From a bacterium (GTDB lineage: Bacteria; Sysuimicrobiota; Sysuimicrobiia; Sysuimicrobiales; Humicultoraceae): DNA of 42,513 bases. The notes beneath the pieces are model-generated. The model made no database searches and had not been told where the DNA came from. It was given only the letters and a program-made list of their open reading frames with translations. A program made the position numbers and the translations under genes. The stretch is taken from NCBI GenBank assembly GCA_041497675.1, contig JBGQGY010000014.1, forward strand, positions 1-42,513, in the 5' to 3' direction. Shown here piece after piece: positions 8,116-15,512 of this stretch (its first letter is position 1; each line of letters opens with the position of its first letter).

Positions 8116-8919
8116 ATGAGTGAACAACCGCTTGCGCCACCGCCCCGGTCGGCGCTCACCATCCTCGGCACCAGCGCCCTCAGGACTCTGGCGGATGTCG
8201 GCCGTGCCTCTGTGATGATGCTTCAGGCCCTTGGCTGGATGCTCCGCGGCCGGTTGGAGTTGGGCGAGACCATCGAGCAGGTCAAACGCATCGGGTGGGA
8301 CTCTGGGGTGATCATCCTGGTCACCGGGACGTTCAGCGGGATGGTGCTGGCGTTCCAGACCTCGACCACCTTCCTCAGGTTCGGCGCGCAGGGATACGTC
8401 GGTGGCCTCGTCGGCATTTCGCTGGCGCGTGAGGCCGCTCCCATCTTCACGGCCATCACGCTGGCCGGCCGCGTGGGTGCGGGCATCGCCGCCGAGATTG
8501 GGACCATGACGGTCACCGAACAGGTCGACGCGCTGCGCGTGCTGGCGACCAACCCGGTGCGGTTCCTGGTGGTGCCCCGCCTGCTCGCCGCGGCGATGGC
8601 CATGCCGGCGCTCACGGTGCTGGCCGACGTCGTCGGCGGAATCGGCGGATATGTCGTCGCGACCGGCGCGGGGATCCACTCGGGGACGTTTTGGGGGTCG
8701 ATGCGTCAATTTCTCTATACCTATGATGTGTACGTCGGCCTGATCAAGGCCGCCGTGTTCGGGATCATCATCGCCGGGGTTGGCTGCTATCGGGGCCTGG
8801 AGACGAGTGGTGGCGCTGATGGCGTCGGCCGCGCGGCAACCGGGGCAGTTGTCACCGCCATCGTCATGGTGCTGGTCAGCAACTACTTTCTCAATCTGAT
8901 CTTCTTCCGCACGAATTGA
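8116..8919 (+). CDS. mlaE: MlaE family ABC transporter permease (lipid trafficking)
   Basis: REAAPIFTAITLAGRVGAGIAAEIGTMTVTEQVDAL, LVVPRLLA, GGADGVGRA motifs; AAGGAGGT RBS. Confidence 0.93.
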   Translation: MSEQPLAPPPRSALTILGTSALRTLADVGRASVMMLQALGWMLRGRLELGETIEQVKRIGWDSGVIILVTGTFSGMVLAFQTSTTFLRFGAQGYVGGLVGISLAREAAPIFTAITLAGRVGAGIAAEIGTMTVTEQVDALRVLATNPVRFLVVPRLLAAAMAMPALTVLADVVGGIGGYVVATGAGIHSGTFWGSMRQFLYTYDVYVGLIKAAVFGIIIAGVGCYRGLETSGGADGVGRAATGAVVTAIVMVLVSNYFLNLIFFRTN

Positions 8920-9704
8920 CACACGGCGTGGCCACCACCTCTGCTGGGGTCGAGGAGGATCTGGTCGTCTCCGTGCGCGACCTGTGGAAGCGTTTCGGGG
9001 CCACCGTGGCCCTCGCCGGGGTGTCGCTGTCCGTGCGGCGACGTGAGACCCAGGTCATCATGGGCCCCAGCGGGTGCGGCAAAAGCGTGCTGCTCAAGCA
9101 CCTGGTGGGGTTGCTGCGGCCGGACCGCGGCGAGATCCTTGTCTTCGGCCAGGCGGTCCACGCGATGCCCGAGGCGGCGCTCGATGCGTTGCGCATACGT
9201 CTGGGCGTGGTGTTCCAGGCGGCCGCCCTGTTCGACTCGCTCTCGGTGGCGGAGAACGTGGCCTTCCCGCTACGGCGGCACCGCCGCATGTCCGAGACCG
9301 AGATTGCGGCGCGGGTGACCGAGATGCTGGCCAAAGTCGAGATGGTAGGCACAGAATCGAAGATGCCCGCCGAACTCTCAGGCGGCATGCGCAAGCGTGT
9401 CGGCATCGCGCGCGCCCTTGCGCTGGACCCTTCGCTGATCCTGTATGATGAACCCACGGCGGGACTCGATCCGCTCACCGCGCGGACGGTGGACGACCTC
9501 ATCCTCCGCCTGCGCGATGATTTGGGGGTGACGTCGATCGTCGTAACCCACGACTTGGACAGCGCCTTCCGCCTGGCCGATCGGCTGGCCGTCATGGAGG
9601 CCGGGCACTTCGTCGCCGAGGGCCGGACGGACGAGATCCGGGCCTCGACCCAACCGTTCGTCAGACGCTTCCTCGCCACGCACTTCGAGGTCGCGCGCTC
9701 ATGA
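8916..9704 (+). CDS. mlaF: MlaF/Mkl family ABC transporter ATP-binding protein
   Basis: Walker A GPSGCGKS, FQAAALFDSL, LSGGMRKRV, YDEPTAGLDP, VTHD. Start TTG 8916 or GTG 8928. Confidence 0.92.
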   Translation: MTHGVATTSAGVEEDLVVSVRDLWKRFGATVALAGVSLSVRRRETQVIMGPSGCGKSVLLKHLVGLLRPDRGEILVFGQAVHAMPEAALDALRIRLGVVFQAAALFDSLSVAENVAFPLRRHRRMSETEIAARVTEMLAKVEMVGTESKMPAELSGGMRKRVGIARALALDPSLILYDEPTAGLDPLTARTVDDLILRLRDDLGVTSIVVTHDLDSAFRLADRLAVMEAGHFVAEGRTDEIRASTQPFVRRFLATHFEVARS

Positions 9705-11071
9705 CGTCGGAGGTCAAAGCCGGGCTGCTGACCGTCGTGGCGATCGCCATGCTGCTCTACGCAGTGTACTTCCTGAGCGGTGGCCTGGTCCGGGACAGAG
9801 GGTATGAGATCATCGTCCGCGTCGCCAACGCGGGTGGCGTGATCGTCGCCGCCCAGGTGCAGATGGCCGGTATCGACGTGGGTCAGGTCGCGCAGCTGCG
9901 GCTGAATCGCTTCAACCAGGCCGAGATCGTGCTGCGCATTCGGTCCGGTGTGTCGATTCCGACCGGATCGCGGTTTTCATTCGCCACGGCGGGTTTGTTG
10001 GGGCAGCCGTTCGTGACCATCACGCCGGGTCCGGCCGATGCGCCGCCCATGGCGCCCGGCACGGTGATCGCGGGCGAACTCCCCATCACGATTGAGGACC
10101 TGTTCGCGCGGGTGACCTCGGTCGCCACTCGCGCGGAGGAAGCCCTGAAGAACCTGAACCGGCTGATCGGCGATCCGCAGCTGGCCGAGGGACTGAGCGA
10201 GACCGTTCGCAACGCCAAGGACGCCACGGCGGCGATCCGTCAGGCGGCGGAGCACGTGCAGCGGATTGCCGACAACGTCGAGCGGACCACCCGGACGCTC
10301 GATCGGTCGATCAGCAGCGACGTGCCGGCGATCGCAAAGGAACTGCGGGCGATGTCGACCGACCTGGCGGCGGCCGCCCACGACGTTCGATCGATCGTGC
10401 ACGACGTCGCGGCCGACGGCCGAACCGCTTCCCAGGTGAAAGACACGATCGGAGCCATCCAGCGCACCGCCCAGCGGATCGAGAAGATGGCCAACGACCT
10501 CTCGGGCGTGATCAACGAACAGGAAGTGCGATCGGTTCGAGGCTCGATCGCCGAGGTGCAGTCCGCGGTCACCGAGGCCCGGCAGGCCGTGGGTGAAGCC
10601 CGGGGGTTGATTACCCGCGCCTCCACCGTGGTCGACCGCGTCGGTCGCATCCTCCCCGAGCGGCTGGACATCCCGGACTTCCGCACCAGCTACCGGCTGG
10701 AGTACGAGATCTACTACGCGTCGCGGGTGGGGCACGACGTGACGTTTACGTTGCTCCCGGGCGCGCGACGACAGTACATCTTTTCATGGCGCGACATCGG
10801 CCAGACCGGCCGGCTGGGTCTGCAGGTCGGCAACCGGCTCGACGATTACCTCACGTTTCGCTGGGGGTTGATCGACTCGCAGGTCGGCGTCGGGCTCGAC
10901 TATCAGCCGGCGCGGGCGTCTCTCTACTCCGTGGACCTCTACAACTTCAACCAGATCACGCTCAACGTGTACGCGCACTACTTCCTCCAGCCCGAATACG
11001 GCATCTCCTTCCGCTTGACCAACCTTTTCCAAACCCCAGGCCTCGGCATCGGCTACTTCCGCCGGTTCTGA
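9701..11071 (+). CDS. mlaD: MCE/MlaD family protein with long helical linker and C-terminal beta-rich domain
   Basis: N-terminal TM (EVKAGL...), MCE domain (VQMAGIDVGQV, GLLGQPFVTITPG), roughly 190 aa of heptad-like helices, then alternating beta-strands ending in GIGYFRRF. Confidence 0.88.
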   Translation: MTSEVKAGLLTVVAIAMLLYAVYFLSGGLVRDRGYEIIVRVANAGGVIVAAQVQMAGIDVGQVAQLRLNRFNQAEIVLRIRSGVSIPTGSRFSFATAGLLGQPFVTITPGPADAPPMAPGTVIAGELPITIEDLFARVTSVATRAEEALKNLNRLIGDPQLAEGLSETVRNAKDATAAIRQAAEHVQRIADNVERTTRTLDRSISSDVPAIAKELRAMSTDLAAAAHDVRSIVHDVAADGRTASQVKDTIGAIQRTAQRIEKMANDLSGVINEQEVRSVRGSIAEVQSAVTEARQAVGEARGLITRASTVVDRVGRILPERLDIPDFRTSYRLEYEIYYASRVGHDVTFTLLPGARRQYIFSWRDIGQTGRLGLQVGNRLDDYLTFRWGLIDSQVGVGLDYQPARASLYSVDLYNFNQITLNVYAHYFLQPEYGISFRLTNLFQTPGLGIGYFRRF

Positions 11072-11085
11072 GACGCGTCAGAACC

Positions 11086-11121
11086 CAAACAAAGAGAGCA
11101 CTGCGAATCCGCAGTGCTCCC
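11086..11121 (-). terminator. Intrinsic terminator (possibly bidirectional) between micro-ORF and mlaD
   Basis: 10-bp perfect stem GAGCACTGCG-4nt-CGCAGTGCTC (11096-11119), followed on the minus strand by TCTTTGTTT. Confidence 0.8.
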
Positions 11122-11142
11122 AAGATGAAGCGCGGCCTGCGC

Positions 11143-11178
11143 TTACCGCTTCTTCTTGGCCGCCTTCTTCTTCGCCAC
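11143..11178 (-). CDS. Putative 11-aa Lys-rich micropeptide MAKKKAAKKKR
   Basis: GGAGAGGAGG RBS, 8-nt spacer, GTG GCG AAG AAG AAG GCG GCC AAG AAG AAG CGG TAA, then a terminator. Below the ORF-track cutoff. Confidence 0.6.
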   Translation of the reverse strand: MAKKKAAKKKR

Positions 11179-11245
11179 GCTAATCGCCTCCTCTCCAGAA
11201 ACGCCATCGGGAATCTGTTCAATCATTCCCGCATTCGGGGCGAGA

Positions 11246-11274
11246 ACATTCGCGAACCGCCACAAAATTCCTTC
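11246..11274 (-). promoter_or_regulatory. SigH-like promoter upstream of micro-ORF
   Basis: GAAGGAATT - 11 nt - CGCGAATGT resembles the Firmicutes sigmaH consensus (RNAGGAWWW-11/12-RNNGAAT); AT-rich tract upstream. Confidence 0.45.
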
Positions 11275-11322
11275 AGGACGGTTCGATCTTACGTAAAAAT
11301 TCTTTCCCAACGCGTGAGGGGG

Positions 11323-12369
11323 CTAGACGCGGAGCGTTGTCTTGAACGTCTCGACGACGATCGACACGTGTTCGGGGACGATGTGACGGTGAGTAACCAG
11401 TCGAAGCCGGCGCGCGCCGATCACCGACACCCGGACCCCGCGGCTGCGCAGGAGATCGGCGAAGGGGCGCGCCTCGCGCTCGAGGTCGAGTCGAACCATG
11501 TTGGTCTGCACGCGCGCCATGTCGACGCGGACACCGGGCACCGATGTGAGTCCCTCCGCCAGCAACCGCGCGACGCGGTGATCATCGGCAAGGCGGTCGG
11601 TCATCTGCTCGAGGGCGACGACGCCGGCGGCGGCGAGCACGCCGGCCTGACGCATCCCACCGCCCAGCATCTTGCGGAAGTGTCGCGCGCGCGCGATCAG
11701 CTCGCGGTCCCCGCACAGGAGCGAGCCCACCGGCGCCGACAGGCCCTTCGACAAACAGAACCCCACCGAGTCCGCCGGTGCGGCCAGACGCGCCGCCGGG
11801 ACGCCGAGCGCCACCGCGGCGTTGAAGATGCGCGCGCCGTCGAGATGCACGCGGAGACCGTGCCGGTGTGCGGCCTGGGCCAAGTCGTCGACCTGCTCGA
11901 CCGTTGCCACCGTGCCCCCGTGACGGTTGTGAGTGTTTTCGAGACAGACCAGGCGGGTGGGCGCGTAGTGATGGTCCGGCGGGCGCAGGACGGATTCGAG
12001 CTGCGCGGCGCTGATGTGTCCCCACTCGGTGGCCAGCGGTCGTGGGAGCGTCCCGGCCAGCGTGGCGAGCGCGCCGGCTTCCAAGCCGTAGATGTGGGCG
12101 TCGGTCTCGACGACGACCTCATCGCCTTTCTGGGTCTGGCTCATCACCGCCAGGACATTGGCCATCGTCCCGGTCGGCACGAACACGGCCGCCTGCTTGC
12201 CGACGCGCTCGGCGGCGAGTGCCTCGAGCGCATTGATCGTTGGATCCTCTCCGTAGACGTCGTCGCCGACTTCCGCGCGCGCCATGGCGTCACGCATCGC
12301 CTCGGTCGGCTGCGTCACGGTGTCGCTGCGAAGGTCGATCACCGCGCCGACGGAGTGTTCACTCTTCAT
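11323..12369 (-). CDS. ltaE: Low-specificity L-threonine aldolase (PLP)
   Basis: [70 protein letters not shown]. Start ATG 12369 or GTG 12342. Confidence 0.93.
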   Translation of the reverse strand: MKSEHSVGAVIDLRSDTVTQPTEAMRDAMARAEVGDDVYGEDPTINALEALAAERVGKQAAVFVPTGTMANVLAVMSQTQKGDEVVVETDAHIYGLEAGALATLAGTLPRPLATEWGHISAAQLESVLRPPDHHYAPTRLVCLENTHNRHGGTVATVEQVDDLAQAAHRHGLRVHLDGARIFNAAVALGVPAARLAAPADSVGFCLSKGLSAPVGSLLCGDRELIARARHFRKMLGGGMRQAGVLAAAGVVALEQMTDRLADDHRVARLLAEGLTSVPGVRVDMARVQTNMVRLDLEREARPFADLLRSRGVRVSVIGARRLRLVTHRHIVPEHVSIVVETFKTTLRV

Positions 12370-12652
12370 GGTCAGCCCGCGACGCGGCGTACAGACCGAT
12401 CCCCCGACCGGCGACGGCCGAACCCACGTACGCCAGTACGACGAAGAGCACAAACTTCACCCCGAGGGCCACAATCGCCGACGTCGCCTCAAGCGACGGC
12501 GACGGGCTGGCCAGCTGCCCGAGCACGCCGACCGCCATCAAGTCTCGAAAGGCGAGAAAGAACACCACGATGAGAAAGACGATGCCCAACAGGAATACTC
12601 CCAACCCCAGCCACTTGCCGGTCGGGTCGTCCGCCAGCCGTGCGCTCTGCAT
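12359..12652 (-). CDS. Small hypothetical membrane protein (2 TM)
   Basis: ATG 12652 after CAGGAGG; two hydrophobic segments; fills the gap between mtnP and ltaE. Confidence 0.75.
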   Translation of the reverse strand: MQSARLADDPTGKWLGLGVFLLGIVFLIVVFFLAFRDLMAVGVLGQLASPSPSLEATSAIVALGVKFVLFVVLAYVGSAVAGRGIGLYAASRADHEE

Positions 12653-12678
12653 CCCCTGCCTCCTGACGGTCGTGTCCA

Positions 12679-13476
12679 TTATCCGTGAGCGCCGGCGAGC
12701 GCCGAGCCACACGGACACGTGCGCTCGGTGGGCACCGCGGCGATGACGCCGGCCAGCAGATCCCTCAGCCGGCCCAGGTTAGCGCGAAACGCGTTCAGGA
12801 CATCTTCAGCCGTGACGGCGGTGACGTTGGGATCCCCCTCGACGCCGACATCGTAGTCGGTGATCAACGAGATATTCAGGAAGCACAACTCCGCCTCACG
12901 GGCCAAGACCGCTTCCGGGTACTGGGTCATGTTGATGACCTCCCACCCGGCCTGGCGGAACCAGCGGCTTTCGGCTCGAGTCGAAAACCGCGGACCCTGG
13001 ATGACCACGACGGTGCCGGTGCGGCGAACGGGCAGGCGTTGCCGGGTCGCGACCTCCCACGCCACGCCTCTCAGCTGCGGGCAGTACGGGTCGGCCACCC
13101 CGATGTGGATCGTCTCTGGTCCGTCGTAGAACGTGTCCTTCCGGCCGCTCGTCCGATCCACCAGCTGATCGCAGATGACGAAGTCGCCCGGCCTGACGCC
13201 CGGCTGCAGGCTGCCGGCGGCGCACGGCGCGAGGATTCGCGTCACCCCGAGTTGTTTCATCGCCGCGACGTTGGCGCGGTAGTTGATCACGTGCGGGGGC
13301 AACTGGTGCTTGCGACCGTGTCGGGGCAGAAAAGCCACGCGACGGCCGCCGAGCTCACCGACGGTGATCGAGTCACTGGGCGGGCCGTACGGTGTCTCGA
13401 TCTTGAGCTCCTCGGCTCCGTCAAGCAACGAGTAGAAGCCGGAACCACCGAATACGCCGATCTCTGCAACGGCCAT
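12679..13476 (-). CDS. mtnP: S-methyl-5'-thioadenosine phosphorylase
   Basis: IGVFGGSG, ETPYGPPSD, FLPRHG, INYRAN, QGPRFSTRAES, INMT, TDYD, CPC motifs. Start reassigned to MAVAEIG. Confidence 0.92.
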   Translation of the reverse strand: MAVAEIGVFGGSGFYSLLDGAEELKIETPYGPPSDSITVGELGGRRVAFLPRHGRKHQLPPHVINYRANVAAMKQLGVTRILAPCAAGSLQPGVRPGDFVICDQLVDRTSGRKDTFYDGPETIHIGVADPYCPQLRGVAWEVATRQRLPVRRTGTVVVIQGPRFSTRAESRWFRQAGWEVINMTQYPEAVLAREAELCFLNISLITDYDVGVEGDPNVTAVTAEDVLNAFRANLGRLRDLLAGVIAAVPTERTCPCGSALAGAHG

Positions 13477-13490
13477 CTCGATGCCACACC

Positions 13491-14333
13491 TCAGCGGGGG
13501 TCGAAACACATCGGCCCGGGATCGCCGGGCCGGCCAGGTGGTTTCACATTCTGCGAAGACCCGCTCCCCTCCTCCACTTCGGTCCCAGCCGCGGCCGCGA
13601 TCGCTGGGAGGATCTGCTCGGCCGGCCCGTGCAGTGCGACGGCGGCGCGCCGGTCGTATGGGGTGGGTTCTTGATTCACGATGATGAGTTGCCCACCGGC
13701 ATCGAGCGTCTCCTGCGGGAGCCAGGCGGCCGGCGTCACCTGGAGTGACGACCCCGCCACCAGCATGACTGGGCTGGTTCGGGCCATGAGGGTCGCCACC
13801 GCCCACGGCTGTTGGGGCAGTAGATCCTCGAACAGCACGACGTTGGGCTTGAGGAGCGATCCGCAGATGGCGCAGCGCGGCAGCGTCCCGGCCAGCAGCG
13901 CGTCACGGATCGCCGCGATCGGTCTGACGGCCCCGCAGCCGGTGCACAACGCCTCGCGTAGGTTGCCGTGCAGCTCGATCACGCGAAGCGAGCCCGCGGC
14001 CTGGTGGAGCCCGTCGACGTTCTGCGTGATCACGCCGTGCAGCCGGCCGGCCCGTTCGAGGGCCGCGAGCGCGATGTGAGCCGGGTTGGGCGCCGCCCGG
14101 CCGAGCGTGTCCAGCCGCTTGCGGTAGAACGCGTAGAACGCTTCGGGGGTGCGCTCAAACGCGGTCCTCGACGCCACCTTCATCGGATCGACGCCTGCCC
14201 ACAACCCGCCGGGCGAGCGGAAGTCCGGGAGGCCTGAGGCGGTGCTGACCCCGGCGCCGGTCATGGCCACTGCGCGCCCCGCGCGCAGCAGGCGCGCGGC
14301 GGTCGGAATCTCGGTCGACCAGGGCTCGCCCAC
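13491..14333 (-). CDS. cobB: NAD-dependent protein deacylase, Sir2 family
   Basis: [30 protein letters not shown], two CxxC zinc pairs, [18 protein letters not shown]. Confidence 0.9.
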   Translation of the reverse strand: MGEPWSTEIPTAARLLRAGRAVAMTGAGVSTASGLPDFRSPGGLWAGVDPMKVASRTAFERTPEAFYAFYRKRLDTLGRAAPNPAHIALAALERAGRLHGVITQNVDGLHQAAGSLRVIELHGNLREALCTGCGAVRPIAAIRDALLAGTLPRCAICGSLLKPNVVLFEDLLPQQPWAVATLMARTSPVMLVAGSSLQVTPAAWLPQETLDAGGQLIIVNQEPTPYDRRAAVALHGPAEQILPAIAAAAGTEVEEGSGSSQNVKPPGRPGDPGPMCFDPR

Positions 14334-14357
14334 GCGCCGCGGTCAGGACCGGCCGTG

Positions 14358-15509
14358 CTACCAGGCCTGCTCGAAGAGGCCGACCATCTCCTCGTACGTC
14401 GTCGCACGGGGATTGACGGCGACGTTGCCGCTCTTCATCGCGTCCGCGGCCATCGCGGGGATCGCATCACGGGTCACGCCGACGTCGCGCAGCCGTTCGG
14501 GGATGCCGAGATCGCGGGACAGCTGCCTGACGGCATCGACGGCGACGTCGGCCGCAGCCCGCGGGGACAGACCATCAGTCGTCTCGCCGAGCGCGTGGGC
14601 CACACGCGGGAAGGTGTCCAGACACCCTGGCAGGTTCCAGTCCATGACGTAGGGCAGCAACAGCGCGTTGGCCACGCCGTGCGGGACGTCGAAGTAGGCG
14701 CCAACCGGGTGAGACATCGCGTGCACGTTGCCCAGACGCGTCCGGGTGAAGGCCATGGCCGCCATCGTGCTGGCCAGGAGCATCTGGGTCCGGGCGTCGA
14801 GATCACCGCCACTCGCATACGCCCGCCGAAGATGGCCTCCGATCAGCCGGATCGCTTCGAGCGCCAGCGTCTTTGAGATCGGATGGTACGCCGTGTTCGT
14901 GTAGCACTCGACGGCGTGTGTCAGCGCATCCATCCCCGTCGCCGCCGTGATCGTCTGCGGCATGCTGACGGTCAGCTCGGGATCACATACCGCGGCCGAG
15001 GGCAGCAAGTGCGTGCTGCCGATCGGCATCTTGAACTTCCGCTGCCGGTCGGTGATGACGGAGAAGATCGTGACCTCACTACCCGTGCCTGACGTCGTGG
15101 GAAGACAGACCAGCGGGGCGACCGGCCCCGGGACGTTGCCGACGCCTTCATATTTCCGGATCGGACCGGGATGCACGGCCAGCAGGGCCACGGCCTTGCC
15201 CACATCCATGGCGCTGCCGCCGCCGACCGCCATCACCCAGGCGCTGCCCGATTTTTTGTAGACGGCAGCCGCGCGCTCGACCGTCTCGACGCTGGGGTTG
15301 GGTTCGACCTGCGTAAACGTCTCCGCGCGCCGGCCCGCCGCCTGGACCTGTGCGCCGACCTTGTCCAGAATCCCGGCAGCCACCACGCCCGGATCCGAGA
15401 TCAGCAGGACGCGCTCGGCGAACCCGGAGATGACCTCCGGGAGCCTGGCGAGGGTGCCGAGGCCAAACGTGATGTCGGTCGCATGTGAAAAGGTGAAGAC
15501 CGGCGGCAT
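14358..15509 (-). CDS. Iron-containing alcohol dehydrogenase
   Basis: AVGGGSAMDVGKA, PTTSGTGSEVT, TGMDALTHAVE, LGNVHAMSH, PHGVANA metal-ligand motifs. Confidence 0.93.
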   Translation of the reverse strand: MPPVFTFSHATDITFGLGTLARLPEVISGFAERVLLISDPGVVAAGILDKVGAQVQAAGRRAETFTQVEPNPSVETVERAAAVYKKSGSAWVMAVGGGSAMDVGKAVALLAVHPGPIRKYEGVGNVPGPVAPLVCLPTTSGTGSEVTIFSVITDRQRKFKMPIGSTHLLPSAAVCDPELTVSMPQTITAATGMDALTHAVECYTNTAYHPISKTLALEAIRLIGGHLRRAYASGGDLDARTQMLLASTMAAMAFTRTRLGNVHAMSHPVGAYFDVPHGVANALLLPYVMDWNLPGCLDTFPRVAHALGETTDGLSPRAAADVAVDAVRQLSRDLGIPERLRDVGVTRDAIPAMAADAMKSGNVAVNPRATTYEEMVGLFEQAW

Positions 15510-15512
15510 CGC

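Noticed and set aside
10786..12573. 595-aa plus-strand ORF and similar long antisense ORFs (874-2529, 21033-22607, 26770-28791)
   Set aside because: Shadows of well-supported minus-strand genes; low-complexity R/A/G/P sequence without motifs.
13491..14333. Sir2 protein as a possible anti-phage defence component (Thoeris/DSR)
   Set aside because: It is a classic zinc-binding single-domain deacylase with metabolic neighbours and no TIR, HerA or pAgo partner.
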